Of a stretch of DNA of 64,000 nucleotides, positions 55,591-64,000 are shown piece after piece. Position numbers and translations under genes: made by a program. The notes under the pieces were generated by a model, which searched no databases, was not told where the DNA came from, and saw nothing but the letters and a program-made list of their open reading frames with translations. The first letter of the stretch is position 1. Each line of letters starts with the position of its first letter. The stretch is from a virus. The stretch spans positions 36,627 through 100,626 of the IMG/VR virus record IMGVR_UViG_3300020205_001800; one strand, 5' to 3'.

Positions 55591-55846
55591 AACAGCAGCT
55601 TGGCAACGTAAAGAAGGACAAAACCCTAATGGCGGACTTAACGCTAAAGGACGTGCTTCTGCTAAAAAAGAAGGTCACAACCTAAAGCCTCCTGTAAAGA
55701 AGGAAGAAGCTGCTAGGTCTGAGAAGTCTGCGGCACGTCGTAAGTCTTACTGTGCTCGCTCAGCAGGTCAAGCAAAGAAGTTCCCTAAGGCAGCAAAGGA
55801 TCCAGACAGCCGCCTAAACAAAGCCCGTAGAGCTTGGGACTGCTAA
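55583..55846 (+). CDS. Basic conserved phage protein (DUF6321-like)
   Basis: EGQNPNGGLNAKGR...RRKSYCARS...W.C. Confidence 0.7.
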   Translation: MAKTAAWQRKEGQNPNGGLNAKGRASAKKEGHNLKPPVKKEEAARSEKSAARRKSYCARSAGQAKKFPKAAKDPDSRLNKARRAWDC

Positions 55847-56247
55847 TGCCATTTGAATATCGAGTTAAGAAGCTACTTACCGTAGTTGATGGTGACACTA
55901 TTGATGTTGAAATTGATTTAGGTTTTAGCCTATCTTACACTTCTCGAGTTCGCCTTGCAGGAATAGACACCCCGGAATCTCGTACAAAAGACCTTGAAGA
56001 AAAAAAACTAGGCCTTGAAGTTAAAGAGTATTTAAAACACCGTATTGAAAACGCAAAAAACCTCATTATTCAAACAGAAAAACCAGACAGCTCTGAAAAG
56101 TATGGGCGTATCCTTGGGACTTTGTTCTCCGAAGGGGTAAACCTAAACCAGGAACTTGTTGATAAAGGGTATGCTTGGGGCTACGATGGTGGAACTAAAG
56201 CAAAAGACTTTGAAACTTTAAAGACTAAAAGAGGGCTGGTTATTTAA
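55846..56247 (+). CDS. Thermonuclease (SNase-like)
   Basis: VVDGDTI, RVRLAGIDTPE, KYGRILG. Confidence 0.9.
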   Translation: MPFEYRVKKLLTVVDGDTIDVEIDLGFSLSYTSRVRLAGIDTPESRTKDLEEKKLGLEVKEYLKHRIENAKNLIIQTEKPDSSEKYGRILGTLFSEGVNLNQELVDKGYAWGYDGGTKAKDFETLKTKRGLVI

Positions 56248-56453
56248 TGGCTAAGATAAAAGCCGGTGGAGCAGACCACGTCGTAAAGAAAAATAAAAAG
56301 GGCGAAATCATCGTTGATCACGCTGCCAGTGCTAAAGCTGGTAAGTACGATAAAATTAATCTAACTAAAAAAGCTGGAGCTAAAACTGTTAAAGATGGCG
56401 AAAAAGCCACTAAAGAATGGCACAAAAAGAATCCGCATAAGAAGGGCAAATAA
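56247..56453 (+). CDS. Basic hypothetical protein
   Basis: TAATG coupling. Confidence 0.65.
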   Translation: MAKIKAGGADHVVKKNKKGEIIVDHAASAKAGKYDKINLTKKAGAKTVKDGEKATKEWHKKNPHKKGK

Positions 56454-56737
56454 TGTCTGAGACAAAGAAGTTCGGCCCTTACAAGGGCTCTGACGCTAAT
56501 GGTGGTCGCCCTATCTACGTCTACAAGAAAAAGGTAGGCGGTAAGTGGGTTACTACATCTAAGAACAAAGCCCGTGCTGATTATGAATCAAAAAACGGAA
56601 AGCTACCTCGAGATACTGACGTTGACCACAAAGATAACAATAAGAAGAATGACTCAAAGGGTAACCTACGAGCACTCTCTCACAGCAAGAACGTAGGTAA
56701 AGAAAACAAGCGCAGAGCTGGAAAGAAGGCTAAGTAA
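56453..56737 (+). CDS. HNH endonuclease
   Basis: DVDHKDNNKKND..GNL.....SKN. Confidence 0.8.
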   Translation: MSETKKFGPYKGSDANGGRPIYVYKKKVGGKWVTTSKNKARADYESKNGKLPRDTDVDHKDNNKKNDSKGNLRALSHSKNVGKENKRRAGKKAK

Positions 56738-56928
56738 TGGCTATTGAATTTTTTGATCGACGTGGCAATGAAACTGATCCTAATGGCAACGAGATTATTC
56801 GCGGCTTGTCTAGTTCCCCCGGAAACAGGGCCAGTGGATACTCAGTTGTGTATAAGAAGAAACCTCAAGCTGCGGCAGCTGGGTCTCCTCCCCCACCACC
56901 ACCAAAGAACCCGAATAAAAAAAAGTAA
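56737..56928 (+). CDS. Hypothetical protein
   Basis: TAATG coupling. Confidence 0.6.
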   Translation: MAIEFFDRRGNETDPNGNEIIRGLSSSPGNRASGYSVVYKKKPQAAAAGSPPPPPPKNPNKKK

Positions 56929-56929
56929 T

Positions 56930-56960
56930 AAAAAAGGCCCCTCTCGGGGCCTTTTCTATT
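56930..56960. terminator. Bidirectional terminator
   Basis: AAAAGGCCCC-tctc-GGGGCCTTTT between convergent genes. Confidence 0.85.
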
Positions 56961-57496
56961 TACTTTGGAAAGTCATCCAACCATTTTGTGATACTCGGCT
57001 CTTCTGGAGAACCATCGTAAGCGTCAGGACCTAGTCCCCAAGAACCCCAATTCGTTCCACCAGCCGTCATATAGAAGGCCGCTTTGGCATTGGTTACTGG
57101 ATCAAATAGATCGCTGTTTTTTTCGATGTTAAATTTTTCCCGACGAACGTCCCCCAAAGTACCAATCATGTTAATTTGGAATAGTCCGTAGGAATTGTCC
57201 CCAGTTGCGGGAGTATTGTTCCGGGATGTTGGGTGTCCCCTTGATTCCCTCATAACTACCGCCCAGGCTGTTTTCAAGGCTTTACCTTCAAAACCTACCA
57301 AACGAAGCATATCTACCAACTCTGTTGGAGAAAGCTCTGTGGCGCCTACGTAGACGTCCAGCCCAACCTTTACAGGCTGGACTACTTCGGTAGTTGCTGT
57401 TGCCCCTTCATTTTGGGCGAAAGCTGCGCTAGCCATAAAAGGCAAGTATGCCGCTAATACTATAATTGCTGATTTCTGATATACATTAAATTGCAC
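56960..57496 (-). CDS. Secreted lysozyme-like lytic transglycosylase
   Basis: Signal peptide (AFA); AVVMRESRG catalytic Glu; SYGLFQIN; DPVTNAKAA; WGSW. Confidence 0.85.
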   Translation of the reverse strand: MQFNVYQKSAIIVLAAYLPFMASAAFAQNEGATATTEVVQPVKVGLDVYVGATELSPTELVDMLRLVGFEGKALKTAWAVVMRESRGHPTSRNNTPATGDNSYGLFQINMIGTLGDVRREKFNIEKNSDLFDPVTNAKAAFYMTAGGTNWGSWGLGPDAYDGSPEEPSITKWLDDFPK

Positions 57497-57646
57497 GTCA
57501 TCCCCTGTGTCTAGAAGGCCATCCCTAACTCCTGGTAGTCTTTCACCCTACCCGAGCAGCGCGGTCTATGTCTACCGCACTGGTCTGCAACCTTTTTTGC
57601 TTCGAGGTTTGCTATCCAATTTCTTGAATAGACCACTACCCTAACA
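57497..57646 (-). promoter_or_regulatory. Extended -10 promoter and ~135-nt structured 5' leader
   Basis: TGtTAGGGT at 57646-57638; three-way junction plus hairpins before SD AGGGG. Confidence 0.5.
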
Positions 57647-57701
57647 GTAAATACAGGGGTAGGACAACCCACAACCCCTTTTTATTTGAGAGGAACATCA
57701 C

Positions 57702-57905
57702 ATGGGCTATTCAGCACCTTGGAACGCTCCAAAACGTCGTGTAATCGATACAGACGTAGTTGGACTGACAACACCACCTGTAACACACGCTGTAATGGAA
57801 AAAGCGGAGCCTGTAGCTCCTAAGAAGGAAGTTAAGGCCGCAGCAACGCCTAAGCCTGTAGAACCGGTTGTAGAGCCTGTAGAAGAGCCTGAAGTAGAAG
57901 AATGA
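57702..57905 (+). CDS. Hypothetical protein
   Basis: SD GAGG. Confidence 0.65.
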   Translation: MGYSAPWNAPKRRVIDTDVVGLTTPPVTHAVMEKAEPVAPKKEVKAAATPKPVEPVVEPVEEPEVEE

Positions 57906-58165
57906 GAATAGAGCGCATCGCTACGAGGCAAGGGCACCCCGTACCAGCGACAGCGCACTCGCCTAAGGGACCATTTCCCCCAGAGCTATTTGCCTCTGGA
58001 CCAATTGTATCTGACTACGTACCGCAAGGCGATAATGGTGGAGAATCCATGCCACTTGGCGCCACAGCGCAGAATAACTTTCAACCATTAAATTGGTTTA
58101 CGTGTAAGGTATGCGATGAAACAATTGCAGAACACGAGATCCCATCACATCTTTGCGAGGAATAA
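57902..58165 (+). CDS. Hypothetical protein with C-terminal zinc finger
   Basis: CKVC...H.C. Confidence 0.65.
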   Translation: MRIERIATRQGHPVPATAHSPKGPFPPELFASGPIVSDYVPQGDNGGESMPLGATAQNNFQPLNWFTCKVCDETIAEHEIPSHLCEE

Positions 58166-58168
58166 TTA

Positions 58169-58462
58169 ATGGCGGAACCAAAAGACTTTGGTCCCATCTA
58201 TTGGCACACTATCGTTTATCCAGTAAAACCTAAAGAGTTTTGGGAACGATCAGAAACTCAAGAAATTGAGGGCCAATATAGGGGTGGAGTAGGCATTGCC
58301 CTACGTTTACCACTTACTAGGCTTGGACTAGTATTGGGCCGTTGGAAAACACGATATGAAGAAAGCCAAGCCCTAACTCACGCAATTGGTGGAAGAGCAA
58401 TGGCTCAAACAGAGGTAGACTGGGACACAGTTAGATTCGGCGTATTAGACGAGGACTCATGA
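58169..58462 (+). CDS. Hypothetical protein
   Basis: SD GAGG. Confidence 0.65.
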   Translation: MAEPKDFGPIYWHTIVYPVKPKEFWERSETQEIEGQYRGGVGIALRLPLTRLGLVLGRWKTRYEESQALTHAIGGRAMAQTEVDWDTVRFGVLDEDS

Positions 58463-58692
58463 TTAAGTTTAAGAATAAGAAAGAACGGGAACTATCTCGT
58501 ATAGAGAAGCGGGTAAACATGCTTCCTGTTGGAGATCTTATTGCTTGGGCAGAACAATCGATGTATACGATCGGAAGAAGTCTTGCTCAATGGCAACGTC
58601 ACGATAGCGCTGCTGCTTTAGAAGAAGCACGGATCCACGCAGAAGTTCTGCATACTATTACAGAGACATTGACTCGGAGAACAACTAAGTGA
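58459..58692 (+). CDS. Hypothetical protein upstream of terminase
   Basis: ATGA and GTGA overlaps. Confidence 0.65.
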   Translation: MIKFKNKKERELSRIEKRVNMLPVGDLIAWAEQSMYTIGRSLAQWQRHDSAAALEEARIHAEVLHTITETLTRRTTK

Positions 58693-60272
58693 CCTATGAT
58701 GACGAAGATTACGAAGAGGTAGACCTCGAACCAGCAGGCACTGAAGACGAAGAGCTACCGGACGAGAACCCCGAGATACAGTTAGACGAACTATCTAAAG
58801 AGTTTGTGTCGGCATTGATAGATAAAATTATGGCTTTTATGAAGCTTTTAGTGGGGCATGAGCTACACGCGTATCAAGAGCCGTTAGCTAGGCGAATCAT
58901 TGAATCAGTAATTATTAACGATGGTGAAGAAGTAACCGCGCTGGCTTCTCGTCAGTCCGGCAAGTCTGAAACTATTGCTAATACCGTAGCAACCTTAATG
59001 GTTATTCTTCCACGCCTTGCACGTATGTATCCAGACCTACTTGGTAAGTTTGGCGATGGTATATGGGTGGGCATGTTTGCCCCTATCCAATCACAGGTAG
59101 AAACACTGTACGGACGTACAGTTTCACGATTGACCTCAGAGCGAGCGCTAGAAGTACTTGGTGATCCTGAGATTGACGATATGGCCACAAAGACTCCGGG
59201 AGTTGTAAGAAACATCAAACTTAAGAACTCTGGATCAACTCTTATGATGATGACAGCTAACCCAAGAGCTAAGATTGAATCTAAGTCTTTCCATTTAATT
59301 ATTATTGATGAGTGTCAAGAAGCAGACGACTATGTAGTCTCTAAGTCTATTTCTCCTATGGGTGCGTATTACAACGCTACTATTGTTAAAACTGGCACAC
59401 CCACAACTTTTAAGAACAACTTCTATCGAGCTATTCAACTAAACAAGCGCAGACAGACTGAGCGTGGGAAACGTCAGAACCACTTCCAATGGGATTGGCG
59501 TGACGTTGCCAAGTTCAACGTTAACTATGAAAAGTTCATTAGAAAAGAGATGCTCCGTATTGGTGAGGACTCTGATGAGTTTCAGCTCTCCTATAACTGT
59601 AAGTGGTTACTAGAACGCGGTATGTTTGTTACATCCTCTATTATGGAAGAGCTTGGCGATACTTCTCAAGAAATTGTAAAAAGCTGGCACAGATCCCCAG
59701 TTGTTGTGGGAATTGACCCGGCCCGTAAAATTGACTCGACTGTTGTAACTGTCGTGTGGGTTGACTGGGATAGACCGGATGAGTTTGGCTACTACGATCA
59801 TAGAGTGTTAAATTGGCTTGAAATTCAGGGAGATGACTGGGAAGAGCAATACTTCCAAATTGTTAACTTCCTAGGCAATTATGACGTCTTGGCTATTGGA
59901 GTCGACTCTAACGGAGTGGGAGATGCCGTAGCTGGTCGTCTAAAGGTTCTAATGCCTAGGGCAGAAGTTATCGCTATTACGTCTAGTCCAACAGAGCAAT
60001 CCAAACGTTGGAAACACCTTCAAGCTCTAATTCAACGTCAAATGGTTTCTTGGCCAGCCCATGCTAAAACACGACGACTGCGTCTTTGGAAGAAGTTTTT
60101 TCAACAAATGACGGACGCAGAAGTTAAATATAAAGGTCCAAACTTTTTAGTGGCTGCGCCTGACGAAGCCCATGCTCACGACGATTTTGTGGACTCTTTA
60201 GCCATTGCGTGTTCTCTAACCCAAGATATGGTTATGCCAACGGTTGAGGTCAGCTCCTCCCCATTTTTTTAA
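58689..60272 (+). CDS. terL: Terminase large subunit
   Basis: SRQSGKS, IIIDECQ, TGTP, GIDPAR, HDDFVDS. Confidence 0.93.
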   Translation: MTYDDEDYEEVDLEPAGTEDEELPDENPEIQLDELSKEFVSALIDKIMAFMKLLVGHELHAYQEPLARRIIESVIINDGEEVTALASRQSGKSETIANTVATLMVILPRLARMYPDLLGKFGDGIWVGMFAPIQSQVETLYGRTVSRLTSERALEVLGDPEIDDMATKTPGVVRNIKLKNSGSTLMMMTANPRAKIESKSFHLIIIDECQEADDYVVSKSISPMGAYYNATIVKTGTPTTFKNNFYRAIQLNKRRQTERGKRQNHFQWDWRDVAKFNVNYEKFIRKEMLRIGEDSDEFQLSYNCKWLLERGMFVTSSIMEELGDTSQEIVKSWHRSPVVVGIDPARKIDSTVVTVVWVDWDRPDEFGYYDHRVLNWLEIQGDDWEEQYFQIVNFLGNYDVLAIGVDSNGVGDAVAGRLKVLMPRAEVIAITSSPTEQSKRWKHLQALIQRQMVSWPAHAKTRRLRLWKKFFQQMTDAEVKYKGPNFLVAAPDEAHAHDDFVDSLAIACSLTQDMVMPTVEVSSSPFF

Positions 60273-60353
60273 GGTTTAGGTACCTAAAGATCTTAAATAG
60301 GTCGATACTTTTACCTGAGGACCCTCAATCCCTATGCATAGGAGAAATAAAAC

Positions 60354-60761
60354 ATGGCAGTAGAGAATATCGCCCCAACCCCATCTTTTCCTGAAAAGGT
60401 TGGCGCAACATACGAGCGCAAAATGTCACCTGCAAGTCCAGGACTTCGCGGTCCACTTCGTTTTGAAGAAGGCATTGCAACAGACACAGATGTACCGAAC
60501 GACTTCCAACTAGGTCTTGACCAGGGTTACGATACCCCAGCAGGCCGACCAAACCACAACAACAATGTTATGGAGAAGTACCCAGAAGAAACAATGAAGC
60601 AGCGTGCACACGTTGGTTCAGCAGCTTGGGTCGAAGCACCAACATACCTAAGTGAGTATTCACTAGGTAACTTTGGAGATCACTCTGAGGTTGTTATTGA
60701 GGAAGTTGTTCGCTCAGGAGCACGCTACCAGCGTATGAATCCTGCATCTGTAGCTGACTAA
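60354..60761 (+). CDS. Hypothetical protein (head module)
   Basis: SD AGGAG. Confidence 0.75.
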   Translation: MAVENIAPTPSFPEKVGATYERKMSPASPGLRGPLRFEEGIATDTDVPNDFQLGLDQGYDTPAGRPNHNNNVMEKYPEETMKQRAHVGSAAWVEAPTYLSEYSLGNFGDHSEVVIEEVVRSGARYQRMNPASVAD

Positions 60762-60779
60762 ATGTACTAGACTGTGAGA

Positions 60780-60816
60780 GTACTCAGCCCCGTACCCCTT
60801 CTCCGGGGCTGAGTGC
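60780..60816 (+). promoter_or_regulatory. 13-bp hairpin with pyrimidine-rich (anti-SD-like) loop at a predicted TSS
   Basis: TAGACT at 60768-60773; GTACTCAGCCCCG-TACCCCTTCTC-CGGGGCTGAGTGC. Confidence 0.6.
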
Positions 60817-60834
60817 CTTACTTCAGGAGGATCT

Positions 60835-61104
60835 ATGGGAAAGCCGATACCAGAGAATCAAAAACTCTGGAGCTTGTTGCTTGGTCAAGCAAAAGCAAAG
60901 TATCCGTCCCACGGAGATAATGTAAGCTTTCCTGGAGCTAAGTGGTTAAGTTCTGAATATGCTCGTCAAGGGGGAAAGTACGTTGGCTCTAAGCACGACA
61001 TTCCTGAGAATCTACGCGACAAAAGAAAAGAAGCGGAAGATGCTAAGAAAAGAAAACTTGCTGAAGCTAAAAAGAAAAACAGAGATCGCGGATTTATTAA
61101 CTAA
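60835..61104 (+). CDS. Basic hypothetical protein
   Basis: SD AGGAGG. Confidence 0.7.
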   Translation: MGKPIPENQKLWSLLLGQAKAKYPSHGDNVSFPGAKWLSSEYARQGGKYVGSKHDIPENLRDKRKEAEDAKKRKLAEAKKKNRDRGFIN

Positions 61105-61146
61105 TCGAATTGGTGGGGCGCATATGAAGTCAGGGAGTAACAACCT

Positions 61147-62856
61147 GTGAGTGGTGGTATGGATTTTAGTCCTCCGTCGTATAGGGCTGCCTCATCTGAT
61201 TTAACAATCTCCATCTCTCCACTAGGTTTAGTTGAACTAGCGGATGAAGAATTTGAAGTACACGGTCCACGACTAAACCGTTACTCACTTAACTGGGCTA
61301 TGTACCTAGGACACCACTGGTCTTATCGCCGTGAAATTGGCGAGTCACAGATGGTCTACAACTATTATCGTGCTTTTACCGATTACATCATTAACTTTAC
61401 ATTTGGTCGCGGAGCTTCTTTCCGCAGCCCATCAGCTACAGAAGCTATCGTCCCAGACGTTCTAAAACGTGTGTGGGAGATTGACAACGACAAGCACTCT
61501 GTTATGTGGGAAATGGGCCAGCAAGGCGGAGTATCAGGCGATTGCTTTGTAAAAGTTGCCTATGAAGAAGGTTACGAAGACTCTGTCGGGCGTGTACATC
61601 CTGGTCGTGTTCGTATTCTCCCACTTAACTCTTCTTTTGCATTTCCAGAGTTCCACCCGCACGATCGTTCACGTCTAATCCGTTTTAAACTTAAGTACCG
61701 TTTTTGGGGAACTTCAGCCGAAGGAACTCGACAGGTGTACACCTACACAGAAATCCTTACTGATGATCGTATTGAGGAGTATATCAATGACGAAATTATT
61801 GACAGCCGTCCTAACCCTATTGGCGTTGTTCCCATTATCCATATTCCTAACGTTCGCGTTTCTGGGTCTCCTTGGGGTCTCAGTGACTGTCACGATATTA
61901 TCGTTCTCAATCGTAACTACAACGAAGTTGCTACAGATATTGCAGACATTGTCAACTACCATGCGGCGCCGGTTACAGTAATCACAGGTGCTAAGGCCTC
62001 TTCCCTTGAAAAAGGTCCGAAGAAGGTCTGGGGCGGGCTACCAAAAGACGCCCAAGTCTTTAACCTAGAGGGCGGCGGTCAAGGCCTCGTAGGTGCAATG
62101 GAGTACCTAAAGATAATCAAGACTGCTATGCACGAGATGGTCGGTGTTCCTGAGACTGCTCTTGGTCAAGTACAGCCAGTATCAAATACTTCAGGTGTTG
62201 CACTTTCTATCCAATTCCAACCTTTGATGAACCGATACCAACAAAAAACAATTCAGTACGGCGAAGGTTTGCAACGCATTAACGAGCTAGTACTACTAAC
62301 CCTTGCATTTAAAGAACCAGAAGTATTTACTTATAATCCTGTAGTTAACGGCCCTATTAAGATGGGCGTACAGCTAGAACAGCTGGATCCTAATAGCCCT
62401 ATGACTTACGAGTCTTCCGTTCATTTTCCACCTCCACTCCCCCTAGATAAGCTCATTGTTTTGAACGAAATTCAGACAAAAATGGGTATGGGCCTAGAAA
62501 GTCGTGAGGGAGCACTTCGTCAGCTTGGCGAAGAATTCCCCGATGAAAAGCTTGAAGAAATTCGTTCTGAGCTTATAGCCGATGCTAAGGCTGACGGGGC
62601 TCTACAATTGATCAAGAACCAAATTGCAGCTTCTATAACTTCTCTAACGGGAATGCTCCCAGACGGCACTGTGCCTCCAGGAGCTGTTCCGGGAGATGGA
62701 ACTGGCCCAGGACCATTTGGCCAGCCAGGAGTAATTACTCCTATGGAAGAGGGAGTTCTTATGGAACTTCAGCAAACACAGGTAGATCTAGTTACTGGGG
62801 CGTACGGAACAAAAATTCCTCAACGTCGAACACCAGACGAAGATAAGCCAGAATAA
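61147..62856 (+). CDS. Portal protein (SPP1 gp6-like)
   Basis: Position after terL; NYY, GD.FVKV, PNPIG.VPIIH.PN, SGVAL. Confidence 0.88.
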   Translation: MSGGMDFSPPSYRAASSDLTISISPLGLVELADEEFEVHGPRLNRYSLNWAMYLGHHWSYRREIGESQMVYNYYRAFTDYIINFTFGRGASFRSPSATEAIVPDVLKRVWEIDNDKHSVMWEMGQQGGVSGDCFVKVAYEEGYEDSVGRVHPGRVRILPLNSSFAFPEFHPHDRSRLIRFKLKYRFWGTSAEGTRQVYTYTEILTDDRIEEYINDEIIDSRPNPIGVVPIIHIPNVRVSGSPWGLSDCHDIIVLNRNYNEVATDIADIVNYHAAPVTVITGAKASSLEKGPKKVWGGLPKDAQVFNLEGGGQGLVGAMEYLKIIKTAMHEMVGVPETALGQVQPVSNTSGVALSIQFQPLMNRYQQKTIQYGEGLQRINELVLLTLAFKEPEVFTYNPVVNGPIKMGVQLEQLDPNSPMTYESSVHFPPPLPLDKLIVLNEIQTKMGMGLESREGALRQLGEEFPDEKLEEIRSELIADAKADGALQLIKNQIAASITSLTGMLPDGTVPPGAVPGDGTGPGPFGQPGVITPMEEGVLMELQQTQVDLVTGAYGTKIPQRRTPDEDKPE

Positions 62857-62961
62857 ATTTAGCCAGACAAACCCTTAAAAGTTTGTAAGGCTATTACCAC
62901 ATATCCGCAGGTCATCGTGGCATTAATTCGGACAACGACCTCTTACACCTAAGGAATACAC

Positions 62962-63741
62962 ATGTCAGAATCAAGTACAGTTGTAGACAGCGCTGCTGCA
63001 CAAGAAGCTTTTGCTTCTGAAACAGCACCTCAAACAACAAAAGCAGCACCATCACCACTAGTAACACCAGTTACTAATGAAAAGTCTTACACAGAAGACG
63101 ATCTTAAGAAAGTTCGTGAGCAAGAGAAATCAAAACTCTACCCACAGATTGACTCTCTAAAAGATGAATTGAATTTGCTCAAGAAAGAACGAGAAGAGCG
63201 TATTGCCGAAGCTCAAGCAGCTAAGGACATAGCAGAAGCAGAAGCCCGTAAAAAGGCCGAATCTGAAATGGATGTACGAGCACTTCTTGAGACTAAAGAA
63301 CAAGAATGGGCTCAGAAGTTAGAAGTAGAACGCGGAGAACGCGAACGTGCTTTTACTCTTCTAGAGCGTGAGCGTCAATACGCGGAACTAAACGAGTTTC
63401 GTAATCGTCGCTTAGGTGAAGAGCAGGACAACATTATGCCCGAGCTCTTAGACCTAATTTCAGGAAATACTCCTGAAGAGATCGAACAAAGTATTACAGG
63501 ACTACGCGAGCGCAGCTCACGGATCTTGGAATCGGCACAATCTGCTATGCAGACTGCACGTAAAGAAATGAAGGGGACGAGCGTAACAACTCCCCCTAGC
63601 GGACCTATGGACACCAATTCGGATCAACAACAGTTCACGGCGGATCAAATTTCTGCTATGTCGGTTACCGAGTACGCAAAATATCGTGGGAAGTTGTTGG
63701 GTAAAGCCGCATCTGACCGCGGTAAAGGAATCTTCGGGTAA
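62962..63741 (+). CDS. Capsid scaffolding protein
   Basis: Acidic coiled coil between portal and MCP; MSVTEYAKYR C-terminus. Confidence 0.8.
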   Translation: MSESSTVVDSAAAQEAFASETAPQTTKAAPSPLVTPVTNEKSYTEDDLKKVREQEKSKLYPQIDSLKDELNLLKKEREERIAEAQAAKDIAEAEARKKAESEMDVRALLETKEQEWAQKLEVERGERERAFTLLERERQYAELNEFRNRRLGEEQDNIMPELLDLISGNTPEEIEQSITGLRERSSRILESAQSAMQTARKEMKGTSVTTPPSGPMDTNSDQQQFTADQISAMSVTEYAKYRGKLLGKAASDRGKGIFG

Positions 63742-63787
63742 TAAAAATTACCTATTCAATTAAAACTAACTAAGGAGTAACACCGAC

Positions 63788-64000
63788 ATGGCATCAGCCG
63801 TAACAGGTACCGGCAATCTCGCCGCAGCACCTACAGCGTATTCTGGCGCAAACAGCCAGCTTACACAAGCAATTCAGACCATCTGGTCTAAGGAAATTCT
63901 ATTCCAGTCAATGCCTATCCTTCGCTTCGAACAGTTCGCTGTTAAGAAGACAGAACTAGGCGTCGCACCTGGTCTCCAGATCAACTTCATGCGTTACAAC
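63788..64000 (+). CDS. Major capsid protein, 3'-truncated
   Basis: SD AAGGAG; IWSKEIL..MPILRFEQFA...PG.QI.F.RY (N4-gp56-like start). Confidence 0.85.
   Translation, partial: MASAVTGTGNLAAAPTAYSGANSQLTQAIQTIWSKEILFQSMPILRFEQFAVKKTELGVAPGLQINFMRYN

Noticed and set aside
57497-57632. c-di-AMP (ydaO) or c-di-GMP-I riboswitch assignment
   Set aside because: Only short words match (GGGTGAA, GCAAACC); the core consensus is missing. Kept as an unassigned leader.
1-64000. Stop-codon reassignment
   Set aside because: Conserved genes are full length in code 11 and end in TAA, TGA or TAG at operon junctions.
1-64000. Prophage boundary, integrase or host DNA
   Set aside because: No integrase, att-like duplication at the tRNA, or host housekeeping block is seen. 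RecA, PolA, SpoVS and Hsp20 are embedded in phage operons.

Overview
This window is a 64-kb segment of a large tailed dsDNA phage. The host is very likely an actinobacterium: there are three WhiB genes, DUF4192-like genes and -10 boxes 6 nt before ATG (leaderless architecture); the moderate GC suggests a freshwater lineage. Layout: (1) 1-19.5 kb (+), replication and recombination: initiator with an internal palindrome, DnaC-like loader, DnaB, primase, SNF2, SSB, PolA, RecA, Cas4-like nuclease, resolvases, dNMP kinase, plus Hsp20, tRNA-Asn and SpoVS. (2) 19.5-23.6 kb (-), a cell-envelope cassette (large Pro/Glu/Thr-rich secreted protein with an apparent non-AUG start, lipoprotein, membrane proteins, CHAP amidase), divergent from two holin-like genes. 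(3) 24-34.7 kb (+), hypothetical genes, an NTase / degenerate HAD / degenerate TGT-like trio and a class II RNR. (4) 34.7-48.4 kb (-), a probable early/host-takeover region of small genes and a MoxR-vWA pair. (5) 48.6-64 kb (+), virion and packaging genes ending in terminase, portal, scaffold and the start of the major capsid protein. The most striking unexplained structure is in region 4. An asymmetric motif, CCAACACAAACA(A/C), occurs there 11 times, always on the transcribed strand and roughly every 1.1 kb, both inside genes and at gene junctions. It is interleaved with several large structured non-coding elements: a ~290-nt element closed by a 27-bp stem, a tRNA-like T-loop minihelix, a pseudoknot and switch-like alternative helices. 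Elsewhere, hairpins display anti-Shine-Dalgarno loops complementary to sites in this region. All protein calls come from motif recognition by eye; no database searches were run.
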